A DNA stretch of 29,281 nucleotides, taken from the IMG/VR virus record IMGVR_UViG_2923302340_000002, positions 1 to 29,281 of that record; one strand, given 5' to 3'. Under the pieces are notes generated by a model that saw nothing but the letters and a program-made list of their open reading frames with translations, did not search any database and was not told where the DNA came from. Positions 20,347-28,201 of the stretch are shown in pieces (positions within the stretch are counted from its first letter, which is position 1; every line of letters begins with the position of its first letter). This stretch comes from a virus (lineage: Duplodnaviria; Heunggongvirae; Uroviricota; Caudoviricetes). Position numbers and translations under genes: made by a program.

Positions 20347-20373
20347 CCCGGCCACCGAGCCGGGTTTTCTTTT
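20346..20373 (+). terminator. Intrinsic terminator ending the cI-proximal lysogenic operon (timm-like)
   Basis: CCCGGC-CACCGA-GCCGGG hairpin followed by TTTTCTTTT, starting at the stop codon of the 272-aa gene. Confidence 0.7.
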
Positions 20374-20379
20374 CCTCTC

Positions 20380-20640
20380 GATCGCCCACCTAAAAATACA
20401 TAATCGATTGTATTTGTTGAAAAATAAATAGATACAACTTGCTAAACAGTGCAACCCTGATCCCTGCCCTATCACCTTCACCCTCAACATTTACAAAAAT
20501 AAAATACCTTATATATCAAAACCATATCTCGAGAAAACGAATGAACAATAAAATTTCGTACTTATGGTTATTGATTATATCGAACCAATAGTTCATTATT
20601 ATCACCATCAGCAGGACGCTGGAAGCCAAACGGAACAGAC
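20380..20640 (+). promoter_or_regulatory. Presumed OL/pL region (AT-rich)
   Basis: AT-rich 260-bp region between the lysogenic-operon terminator and nutL. Contains TTTCGTACTTATGG, related to the OR motif. Confidence 0.35.
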
Positions 20641-20645
20641 TGGCA

Positions 20646-20692
20646 GGCTCTTTAAACAACGTCGAACTCTCGACTACGTGGCTGAAAAGCCA
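20646..20692 (+). promoter_or_regulatory. nutL candidate (boxA-like GGCTCTTTA and boxB hairpin TGGC-TGAAAA-GCCA)
   Basis: Located about 100 bp upstream of the N start. boxB has the same GAAAA loop as the nutR candidate. Confidence 0.5.
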
Positions 20693-20790
20693 GATCACCC
20701 AACCACATGAGCTGTGGGATGCAATGCCGAAGCAACCGTCTCAGGAGGAGCTTCGAGATTGCATCACCAAAGTTTATTCGGGAGGAATCT

Positions 20791-21063
20791 ATGTCCAGAA
20801 AAACAGAATTTAAAGGCACCGCAGCTTCTCGCCGTAGAGCTCGTCGCGCAAACCTGCAAAGTCAGGAGGCGATTAGCTCCGACAAGCTACACAGGCCAAC
20901 CACCTCACGAGTGGTCTTGCAATGCAAGCGCAAACCAGCAATGAGAGCAGAAGTTATAACTCTGACAACGTTGATCAGAAAATATGAAGGTTCAACTTGT
21001 CTTCCAAACGTAGCTCTTTACGCGGCAGGCTACCGGAAATCAAAACAACTGACGGCGAGGTAA
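20791..21063 (+). CDS. N: N-type antiterminator (arginine-rich motif), start taken at the internal ATG with a GGAGG Shine-Dalgarno
   Basis: MSRKTEFKGTAASRRRARRANLQ: arginine-rich RNA-binding motif near the N-terminus, the first gene of the leftward operon after nutL. The ORF track extends the frame upstream to 20707. Confidence 0.7.
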   Translation: MSRKTEFKGTAASRRRARRANLQSQEAISSDKLHRPTTSRVVLQCKRKPAMRAEVITLTTLIRKYEGSTCLPNVALYAAGYRKSKQLTAR

Positions 21064-21065
21064 TT

Positions 21066-21428
21066 ATGGGTCAGGAAGAAAAATATGAGCTTAAAAAGCT
21101 CATTGGAGAAGACGCCATAGAAGAAATTGCAGCATTAACAACAGCTATAAAGAATATTAGGTATGCGCTAAATACGCTTATCTCCTCATGCGACAAAAAT
21201 AGCAGGGAATTTTTGATACTTGGCGCAGCTCTAGGAATAGTTGATGCGGCAACGCTTCACCTAATTACTCATGACGATATTCTTATTGAGCCGTATGAAA
21301 CATTACTGCTTGTCAGGCAAAAAATGGCTGATGCCGCAGCAAATGGAGACCTTCAACTTTACATCGACTTAAGGAAAGTATTAAGGCGAATGGTCAAAAC
21401 TGAAGGAGATATCCCCCTGACAAAGTAA
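21066..21428 (+). CDS. Hypothetical protein (120 aa from the internal start MGQEEKYELKK)
   Basis: ORF immediately following N. No recognised motif. Confidence 0.45.
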   Translation: MGQEEKYELKKLIGEDAIEEIAALTTAIKNIRYALNTLISSCDKNSREFLILGAALGIVDAATLHLITHDDILIEPYETLLLVRQKMADAAANGDLQLYIDLRKVLRRMVKTEGDIPLTK

Positions 21429-21458
21429 GGGGGTGAAGAGGCCATTTCAGGAATAAAA

Positions 21459-21953
21459 TTAATAATTTGTCAGCGGCGGTACATATACAGGCTTAGGGTC
21501 TGGCGCTCTATACATCCGGTATTCATTCTTACAGCGAGGACATGAATGCACAAAGAACCCATTAGATTTTATAGTAACCGTGCTTGGTTGAAGTATCGAT
21601 ATTTTATGTTCGCCGAAGCAATGTGCACAAAGGTTATGCTGCTGAATAGAAGGATCGGAATGACTCTTAGGTCGATACACGACAGAACCACCTTCAGTTG
21701 TATGAAGTTCATAATTCTCAGCTTGCACAACAAACATCTTGATTTTTCTATTTTCATCTCGAAGCTTCATTGCGATCTCCTTCTCGGCCTGATAAAGGCC
21801 AGAGAGCTCCGCATTAAGCATCTGTAAGTCAGTTATTCTTTGGTGTAGATCACCAATAGCTTTAGCGATAACAGCATCGTCTCTGGTTTCTTTTATTGTC
21901 TTCAGCAGATCATAAGCCTGTTTCGCGGCAGTTATACCAGATAACACATCCAT
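21459..21953 (-). CDS. Hypothetical protein with an N-terminal coiled coil and a C-terminal CxxC...CxxC zinc-ribbon-like motif, oriented against the pL operon
   Basis: 164-aa ORF with CAHCFGEHK ... SCPRCKNEY. Opposite strand to the surrounding early-left genes, so it needs its own promoter in the 21954-22153 region. Confidence 0.5.
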   Translation of the reverse strand: MDVLSGITAAKQAYDLLKTIKETRDDAVIAKAIGDLHQRITDLQMLNAELSGLYQAEKEIAMKLRDENRKIKMFVVQAENYELHTTEGGSVVYRPKSHSDPSIQQHNLCAHCFGEHKISILQPSTVTIKSNGFFVHSCPRCKNEYRMYRAPDPKPVYVPPLTNY

Positions 21954-22153
21954 ATAAATTACTCTCTTACTGTAGGGGTAAGAGGATTTTACTCTTTTTC
22001 TCGCTGTAGGGGTACACGAGAACCACCGAGCCTGATGTGGTTAAAAGACAGGCACAATCTTTACTACCGCAAGCCACGCAGTGAAATGGGTGTGACTTGT
22101 GTTGGTCTCCAGAAAATGAAATTAGACAGCAAACCACTTATTTGAGGTGAGAT

Positions 22154-22624
22154 ATGACAAAATCATGGAGCGTACCTTTTCCTGAATCAGAAACTGAACA
22201 TGATGGAATGCCTGTTTTCTGGAGATTCCAGGCGACAGTTGAAGAAGATGGAATCAAAATATTCGCACTTCAATATATAGCTTTTCATCAGACAGAGCAT
22301 TATGCATGGTTGGTTCCTGCGCATTGGATTGTTAATTTTAAACCAGCACCAAATCAGTGGTTACAGGAATGGAAACAAAAGAGAAATAGATATGCAATTA
22401 AGAAAGTAGCAAAAAATGCAGAAAGATCTTTTGCATTCCCAACGAAGAAACTTGCTATTGAAAGTTTATTGCGCCGGAAGAAATACCATTTAATGAGAAT
22501 AAAACAAGATTTGGCTGTTGTATCAACTCTTGTTGATGGGATGAAAAATATTGATACATCAACACCAGATATTGAATATAACTTTGGGCACAACCAAGAA
22601 ACAGAAAATTGGGTATTTTATTAG
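22154..22624 (+). CDS. Hypothetical protein (156 aa) in an AT-rich moron
   Basis: ORF preceded by an AGGTGAG Shine-Dalgarno and followed by hairpins and a terminator. AT-rich codon composition. Confidence 0.5.
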   Translation: MTKSWSVPFPESETEHDGMPVFWRFQATVEEDGIKIFALQYIAFHQTEHYAWLVPAHWIVNFKPAPNQWLQEWKQKRNRYAIKKVAKNAERSFAFPTKKLAIESLLRRKKYHLMRIKQDLAVVSTLVDGMKNIDTSTPDIEYNFGHNQETENWVFY

Positions 22625-22728
22625 TACGAGTAAGCACTGTGTATTCATTCCAACGAGTGAATACACTGAGCAATGTCGCTCGTAACTAAACAGGAGCCGA
22701 CTTGTTCTGATTATTGGAAATCTTCTTT

Positions 22729-22755
22729 GCCCTCCAATGTGAGGGCGATTTTTTA
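22729..22755 (+). terminator. Intrinsic terminator
   Basis: GCCCTC-CAATGT-GAGGGC hairpin followed by GATTTTTTAT. Confidence 0.65.
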
Positions 22756-22774
22756 TCTGTGAGGATATGAATAG

Positions 22775-23143
22775 ATGTCAAACATCAAAAAATACATCAT
22801 TGATTACGACTGGAAAGCATCAATAGAAATTGAAATCGACCATGACGTAATGACAGAGGAAAAACTTCACCAGATTAATAATTTCTGGTCAGACTCTGAA
22901 TACCGACTCAATAAACACGGCTCTGTATTAAATGCTGTATTAACCATGCTGGCGCAACATGCTCTGCTTATAGCAATTTCAAGCGACTTAAATACATATG
23001 GTGTTATGTGTGAGTTCGACTGGAATGATGGAAATGGTCAGGAAGGATGGCCTCCAATGGATGGTAGCGAAGGAATAAGAATTACCGATATCGATACATC
23101 AGGAATATTTGATTCAGATGATATGACTATCAAGGCCGCCTGA
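22775..23143 (+). CDS. Hypothetical acidic protein (122 aa)
   Basis: ORF with an upstream GAGGATATGAATAG Shine-Dalgarno-like region. No recognised motif. Confidence 0.45.
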   Translation: MSNIKKYIIDYDWKASIEIEIDHDVMTEEKLHQINNFWSDSEYRLNKHGSVLNAVLTMLAQHALLIAISSDLNTYGVMCEFDWNDGNGQEGWPPMDGSEGIRITDIDTSGIFDSDDMTIKAA

Positions 23144-23215
23144 ACGCGGCGTTACCGCATACCAATAACGCTTCACTCGAGGCGTTTTTCGTTATGTATA
23201 AATAAGGAGCACACC

Positions 23216-23380
23216 ATGCAATATGCCATTGCAGGGTGGCCTGTTGCTGGCTGCCCTTCCGAATCTTTACTTGAACGAATCATCCGTAAATTACGTGACG
23301 GATGGAAACGCCTTATCGACATACTTAATCAGCCAGGAGTCCCAAAAAATGGATCAAACACTTATGGCTATCCAGACTAA
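23216..23380 (+). CDS. cIII: CIII (54 aa; absent from the ORF track because it is under 60 aa)
   Basis: Manual translation from the ATG at 23216 gives MQYAIAGWPVAGCPSESLLERIIRKLRDGWKRLIDILNQPGVPKNGSNTYGYPD, matching lambda CIII apart from one residue. Preceded by an AAGGAG Shine-Dalgarno. Confidence 0.85.
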   Translation: MQYAIAGWPVAGCPSESLLERIIRKLRDGWKRLIDILNQPGVPKNGSNTYGYPD

Positions 23381-23462
23381 ATTCACTATCGCCACTTTTA
23401 TTGGCGATGAAAAGATGTTTCGTGAGGCCATCGAAGCCTACAGAAAATGGAGGTCAAAATGA
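23349..23462 (+). CDS. kil: Kil-like protein (37 aa as read; may be shortened relative to lambda Kil)
   Basis: MDQTLMAIQTKFTIATFIGDEKMFREAIEAYRKWRSK, overlapping the cIII 3' end in another frame as in lambda. Confidence 0.5.
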   Translation: MDQTLMAIQTKFTIATFIGDEKMFREAIEAYRKWRSK

Positions 23463-23647
23463 TTCCGGTAGAACTGGCGAAAACTCCAGAATTAAGTCGA
23501 TTAAAAAGAGAATATCACATTGCTGAGGCTCGTTACTGGCGTAAAGCGGGAGATAAATCAAAGAAACAACTTTGTTTATGGCAGGCTCAAAGAGAGCGCA
23601 TGAATGAGCGCGAGTTTCTTTCCGTCCCATCCGAATTACCATTCTGA
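23447..23647 (+). CDS. Hypothetical small basic protein (62-66 aa)
   Basis: ORF overlapping the kil stop. Start could be 23447 or 23459. Confidence 0.4.
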   Translation: MEVKMIPVELAKTPELSRLKREYHIAEARYWRKAGDKSKKQLCLWQAQRERMNEREFLSVPSELPF

Positions 23648-23655
23648 GGCAAATT

Positions 23656-24336
23656 ATGGGAACTGCGACATTAATACTCGGTGAATCTGGCACCGGAAAA
23701 TCAACCAGCATGAGAAATATCAATCCAGAGGAAGCAATACTTATAAAACCAATAGGCAAGCCGCTACCATTTAAATCAAAAGACTGGCTTGCATGGGATG
23801 CCAGAGCAAAAAAAGGAACCGTAGTTACCACTGACAAATGGGACGTAATAGTTGCCGTAATTAAGCGTGCTCACGAATACGGGAAAAGAATCGTTATTGT
23901 TGATGACTTCCAGTATGTGATGAGCAATGAGTTTATGCGCCGCTCAGAAGAAAAATCGTTTGATAAATTTACTGAGATAGGCCGCCACGCATGGGAGGTG
24001 ATTAAGGCTGCACAGGATGCACCTGATGACCTGAGAGTCTATTTTCTTGCACACACCGAAGAAACCCCTATGGGGCGCGTGAAAATGAAAACTATCGGCA
24101 AAATGCTGGACGAGAAAATCACTGTCGAAGGCATGTTTACTATAGTTCTTCGCACCCTTACCCGTGATGACCAGTTCTTTTTCACCACAAAAAACAACGG
24201 TGCAGACACTGTTAAATCCCCAATGGGAATGTTTGACTCCAATGAGATTGATAACGATCTCTCTTTCGTCGATGCCACTGTTTGTGATTACTACGGCATC
24301 AATAATGTTCATCAAATTAAGGAAAACGCAGCATGA
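23656..24336 (+). CDS. Sak4-like RecA-core P-loop ATPase (single-strand annealing / recombination protein)
   Basis: 226 aa with Walker A LILGESGTGKST and Walker B-like IVIVDDF. Size and position (replacing Red bet/exo) fit phage Sak4-type proteins. Confidence 0.6.
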   Translation: MGTATLILGESGTGKSTSMRNINPEEAILIKPIGKPLPFKSKDWLAWDARAKKGTVVTTDKWDVIVAVIKRAHEYGKRIVIVDDFQYVMSNEFMRRSEEKSFDKFTEIGRHAWEVIKAAQDAPDDLRVYFLAHTEETPMGRVKMKTIGKMLDEKITVEGMFTIVLRTLTRDDQFFFTTKNNGADTVKSPMGMFDSNEIDNDLSFVDATVCDYYGINNVHQIKENAA

Positions 24337-24920
24337 GCAACGTGATTTTTACTTATAACGAAGAAGCAGCACTGACCGCAGGGCAAGGTGGTTTTATTAA
24401 CGAAACTGGCGCTCATATCATTACCATTACTGAAGCAGAACTCAAGCAATCAGAAAAAGGCGCAAAATTTATTGAGTTTTCTGGCGAATCCGACGACGGA
24501 CGTAAAATCCAATATCTTAGCGTCTGTGTTCAGAAAAATGACGGAACGGAAAACAAATTTGGCGCAAATGTCGTTCACGCCATGATGGGGTGTGCCGGTA
24601 TTGGACAATTAACGCAACATATGGTTTCCGCCAGTAAATTTGTTGCGCCTGAATTTCATGGAAAGAAAATCGGGTTAGTGCTCCAGAAAGTATTAACCAC
24701 AAACAAAAAGACTGGCGCAGACAGCTACCAGATGGAAATACGCATCCCGTTTATTGCACAAACAGGTCAAACCCTTAAAGAAAAGGCGGAAGGCAAGCAA
24801 CCAGAAACTATCGCCAACATGGTTGCCAGCCTCAAAGATAAAGACAATCGCTCTAAAAACGTAAGCCAGAATCATGCAGATGATTATGGTTACAGCCAGA
24901 ACGATTACCCTCCTTTCTGA
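24333..24920 (+). CDS. Putative ssDNA-binding partner of the Sak4-like ATPase (SSB-like C-terminal tail)
   Basis: Translationally coupled to the ATPase. The C-terminus ends with an acidic/aromatic tail DDYGYSQNDYPPF, reminiscent of SSB C-terminal tails. Confidence 0.4.
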   Translation: MSNVIFTYNEEAALTAGQGGFINETGAHIITITEAELKQSEKGAKFIEFSGESDDGRKIQYLSVCVQKNDGTENKFGANVVHAMMGCAGIGQLTQHMVSASKFVAPEFHGKKIGLVLQKVLTTNKKTGADSYQMEIRIPFIAQTGQTLKEKAEGKQPETIANMVASLKDKDNRSKNVSQNHADDYGYSQNDYPPF

Positions 24921-24943
24921 TTACTGAAAATAAGGCTCCCATT

Positions 24944-25237
24944 ATGCCAGCGCCTCTGTATGGTGCGGATGACCCGCGCCGCTGTTCCGGCAATTCCGTA
25001 TCGGAGGTGCTGGATAAATTCAGAAAAAACTACGACCTGATAATGTCGCTACCGCAGGAAACGAAAGAGGAAAAGGAATTTCGCCATTGTATATGGCTTG
25101 CAGAGAAAGAAGAACGCGAGCGAATTTACCAGACATCAATCCGACCATTCCGCAAAGCCACATATACCCACTTCCCTGAAATTGACCCTCGCCTGCGTAA
25201 TTACCGCTCACGCTATGGCGCTATCAGTAATGACTGA
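24944..25237 (+). CDS. Hypothetical protein (97 aa)
   Basis: ORF in the early-left operon. No recognised motif. Confidence 0.4.
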   Translation: MPAPLYGADDPRRCSGNSVSEVLDKFRKNYDLIMSLPQETKEEKEFRHCIWLAEKEERERIYQTSIRPFRKATYTHFPEIDPRLRNYRSRYGAISND

Positions 25238-25248
25238 GGAATTTACCA

Positions 25249-25415
25249 TGAGAGGACTTGCATACAATCCCGGCATTCTTCCAGCAGAAATGATTATTCG
25301 CCAACGCGTAAAGCCAATGCCATCGAGAGAGGAATTGCTTAAGAGAAATAGTTTCGGTTCTGTTAATGACAACAAATATCTGAATGCGATGTGGCGTAAA
25401 GGAGGCAAGCAGTGA
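25249..25415 (+). CDS. Hypothetical small protein (55 aa, start at MRGLAYNPG)
   Basis: Internal ATG preceded by GAGGAA. Its stop overlaps the start of the next gene. The longer track ORF (25098-25415) overlaps the preceding gene. Confidence 0.3.
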
Positions 25416-26227
25416 ACAAGATTGACTATCAGGCACTGCGTGAAAAGGCAGAGAAAGCAACTAAAGGAAGCTACATCGTAGGGCATACATCTGTTAACCA
25501 GCACGGCAATTTAACAGGAGTTTTTGTTTGTCAAAAATGGAAAGGAGAACCCGGTGGTGTGATTGCGGAATGTCATGTTAACTGCCTGGTTGAAACAGAT
25601 GTTCAGGCTTATGCAAACGCTGAATTTATTGCTGCTTTTAATCCAAATGTTGCGCTGGCACTGCTGGATGAACGGGAAAGAAACCAGCAATACATCAAAC
25701 GCCGCGACCAGGAGAACGAGGATATTGCGCTAACGGTAGGGAAGCTGCGCGTTGAGCTGGAAGCAGCAAAAAAGCGCATAGCAGAACTGGAAGCCGAACC
25801 TGTAAGCCAAGCTTACAACTTGCCAGAATTAATCGAAGGCATGGAAGTTTCCATTGATGTAAGTACTTGTGATGCTGATTTAGGTAATCGCTATTTCGGC
25901 ACCGTCACCGAGGCGTCAGAACTTGATACTGCCAAGAATGGTTACATCCTCCTGGTTCAGGACGCAGAGCCAAACTTCGATATAAATGGCAACTATCAGG
26001 TAACTCCGGATGGTTGGATAAGCTGTAGTGAGCGAATGCCTGAAAAGGGCCAGAACGTGCTTATTTCGGTGAATTTCGATAGCTCTCTGGTTGAACCGCT
26101 AATATGCGCCGCACGCTATACCGGAAGCACCTTTCGGCGCGGAGATGCAACGATTAAGCCGGGTAATGGTATTGAGCAAGCAACTCACTGGATGCCGCTA
26201 CCGGAACCGCCGCAGGAGGTGAAGTGA
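25412..26227 (+). CDS. Ead/Ea22-like early protein
   Basis: 271 aa with a central coiled coil ([23 protein letters not shown]) and a C-terminal region (HWMPLPEPP) typical of lambdoid Ea22-like proteins. Confidence 0.5.
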   Translation: MNKIDYQALREKAEKATKGSYIVGHTSVNQHGNLTGVFVCQKWKGEPGGVIAECHVNCLVETDVQAYANAEFIAAFNPNVALALLDERERNQQYIKRRDQENEDIALTVGKLRVELEAAKKRIAELEAEPVSQAYNLPELIEGMEVSIDVSTCDADLGNRYFGTVTEASELDTAKNGYILLVQDAEPNFDINGNYQVTPDGWISCSERMPEKGQNVLISVNFDSSLVEPLICAARYTGSTFRRGDATIKPGNGIEQATHWMPLPEPPQEVK

Positions 26228-26799
26228 TGAACAACTTAATGATCGACCTTGAGACGATGGGGAAAAATAAGGATGCACCGATCGTTTCCATTGGCGCGGT
26301 GTTCTTCACTCCAGAAACCGGAGACATCGGACAAGAATTCTATGCGGTTGTCAGCCTAGACAGTGCTATGAAGCAAGGAGCTACACCTGACGGCGATACC
26401 ATCCTGTGGTGGTTGAAACAAAGCCCTGAAGCGCGAGCTGCAATCTGTATTGATGATACTTTGTCGATCAGCGATGCTCTCTCAGAACTAAACCATTTCA
26501 TTAACCGGCACGCAGACAATACGAAATATTTAAAAGTCTGGGGTAACGGGGCCACCTTCGACAACGTAATTTTACGTGGAGCTTACGAGCGAGCAGGACA
26601 AATCTGCCCGTGGGCATACTGGAATGACCACGATGTACGCACGATCGTTACGCTTGGGCGTTCCATCGGATTCGACCCCAAAATGGACATGCCTTTCGAT
26701 GGCGAACGGCACAACGCCCTGGCCGATGCCCGTCATCAGGCAAAATATGTTTCCGCTATCTGGCAGAAATTAATTTCTGCCACCAGCACAGAATTATGA
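26224..26799 (+). CDS. DnaQ-like 3'-5' exonuclease (DEDDh family)
   Basis: MIDLETMG (Exo I motif), WGNGATFD (Exo II-like) and HNALADARHQA (Exo III with His). Confidence 0.7.
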   Translation: MMNNLMIDLETMGKNKDAPIVSIGAVFFTPETGDIGQEFYAVVSLDSAMKQGATPDGDTILWWLKQSPEARAAICIDDTLSISDALSELNHFINRHADNTKYLKVWGNGATFDNVILRGAYERAGQICPWAYWNDHDVRTIVTLGRSIGFDPKMDMPFDGERHNALADARHQAKYVSAIWQKLISATSTEL

Positions 26800-26808
26800 T
26801 TTTCCCGG

Positions 26809-27108
26809 GTGCAGTCGGTTTTGATGGAGAAAATTATGAACACCTTGTTTTTACTGATGGCTGAATTCAATACCCCTAACATTGAACTCTCAGCAGTTAG
26901 CCAAAAGTACTTTGGCATGAGTCCAGCCACGGCAGAAGCAAAAGCAAACGCTTGTAAGTTGCCCGTTCCAACATATCGCATCGGCACATCACAAAAAGCA
27001 AAACGTTGCATCAATATTCAGGATCTTGCGGAATATATTGACAAAAGACGGGAAGAAGGGCGAGCTGAGTGGGAAAAAGTCAGAACGGAAAAACAAAAAT
27101 ATAACTAA
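26809..27108 (+). CDS. xis: Excisionase-like / PrtN-family DNA-binding protein
   Basis: Small basic protein with an N-terminal HTH-like segment (LSAVSQKYFGMSPATAEAKANACKLPVPTYRIG), the last gene of the leftward operon before a terminator. Confidence 0.5.
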   Translation: MQSVLMEKIMNTLFLLMAEFNTPNIELSAVSQKYFGMSPATAEAKANACKLPVPTYRIGTSQKAKRCINIQDLAEYIDKRREEGRAEWEKVRTEKQKYN

Positions 27109-27123
27109 ACTAAAACTATGGAT

Positions 27124-27153
27124 AACCCGTATATGTACGGGTTATTTTTCTTT
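27124..27153 (+). terminator. Intrinsic terminator at the end of the early-left operon
   Basis: AACCCGTA-TATG-TACGGGTT hairpin followed by ATTTTTCTTT. Confidence 0.65.
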
Positions 27154-27690
27154 ATCACTATCTTTTCTTGATTTGAACAATCCACTAACAACGAAACCAA
27201 CCAAACCAACAATACTAATTGTACTTGTACCTAGTAATGCAACGATCGCTTCAACTGGAGGCTTTCCTTCATGTGCAATAAGAAACGATGTAAACATTGC
27301 GACAACGAATAAGCACCAACACGACATAAACCAAACCGTGAATGAGGCCATTTTTGTCCGAAGCTCATTGTCTATTTCTTTACCAGTTGCGTCAGCTATC
27401 TTATCCCGTACTTGTGATTTGAGCATATCAAGCTGAGCTTGAAGACTGTCCATTCTGTTCTGCTGCATAAACTCATGCAATGCACCAGTATTAGAACCAA
27501 ACTCTTCTGCCTCCAGAATAGCTTTATTTTCTGAAGAAGAATCATCGTCGCTCTCATGATTAGACGGCTCAAATGCAGATTTAAAAATCTGTTCTTGACT
27601 GTCAGTAGAGTTTAAGGATGCTTCAGAGCGACCATTTTCAACACCTGCGGCCGCTCCGATAAGTTTATAGATATCTGAATTGTGAGACAT
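27142..27690 (-). CDS. Membrane protein with an acidic N-terminal domain and two C-terminal transmembrane helices (candidate toxin partner of the Panacea-domain protein)
   Basis: 182 aa with C-terminal hydrophobic helices (FTVWFMSCWCLFVVAMFTSFLIA and AIVALLGTSTISIVGLVGFVVSGLF). Lies 22 bp downstream of the Panacea-domain gene on the same strand. Confidence 0.45.
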   Translation of the reverse strand: MSHNSDIYKLIGAAAGVENGRSEASLNSTDSQEQIFKSAFEPSNHESDDDSSSENKAILEAEEFGSNTGALHEFMQQNRMDSLQAQLDMLKSQVRDKIADATGKEIDNELRTKMASFTVWFMSCWCLFVVAMFTSFLIAHEGKPPVEAIVALLGTSTISIVGLVGFVVSGLFKSRKDSDKEK

Positions 27691-27712
27691 GTCATCCCTG
27701 AATATTACTTTT

Positions 27713-28201
27713 TCAGAGGCCCTGACATTGCTGTCGGTTATTCAATAAATCATGATAATAAGCCTTGATCGCATCATTTGAGATGATTGACGAGCCAATA
27801 CCATTATAAGCTTGTGACCAAGGCGTACCAGGCATATGAGTTAGAGTTGATAACTCAATTCCATTTTTCGAGCCGTAAAATTTATAAACAGCCCCTATAA
27901 TGCTCTCTGCTTGTGGATCCATAGTAACAATGCCACCAAAAGGAGCTACTGCTACATTCGTAACAGGTTTATTCCCATAATCTTTGAAAGCATCGTACAT
28001 TCCAGGAATAACTGGACCGTACTTCCACGCGGAGACACATTCATTGAGCAAAGGCTTACCTGTTAATGCTAAATAGTAACCATGTGCAATATAAGTAAGC
28101 TTCTGCAGTTGCATGTGGGTCAGAGGATTATGATGTTGGTTTCCCAACGTTATGAATTTATTGGCTATTTGTACCGGGCTGTACATAACCACCCTCCTCA
28201 T
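27713..28201 (-). CDS. Panacea (DUF4065) domain protein, antitoxin-type
   Basis: 162 aa with YSPVQIANKFI ... THMQLQKLTYIAHGYYLALTGKPLLNECVSAWKYGPVIPGMYDAFKDYG, the pattern I associate with the Panacea domain. Confidence 0.6.
   Translation of the reverse strand: MRRVVMYSPVQIANKFITLGNQHHNPLTHMQLQKLTYIAHGYYLALTGKPLLNECVSAWKYGPVIPGMYDAFKDYGNKPVTNVAVAPFGGIVTMDPQAESIIGAVYKFYGSKNGIELSTLTHMPGTPWSQAYNGIGSSIISNDAIKAYYHDLLNNRQQCQGL

Noticed and set aside
23223-23462. 79-aa plus-strand ORF (MPLQGGLLLAALP...)
   Set aside because: Its 5' part is an out-of-frame read-through of cIII. Only the 3' part from the ATG at 23349 is plausible, and is annotated as kil-like. The true cIII frame starts at 23216.
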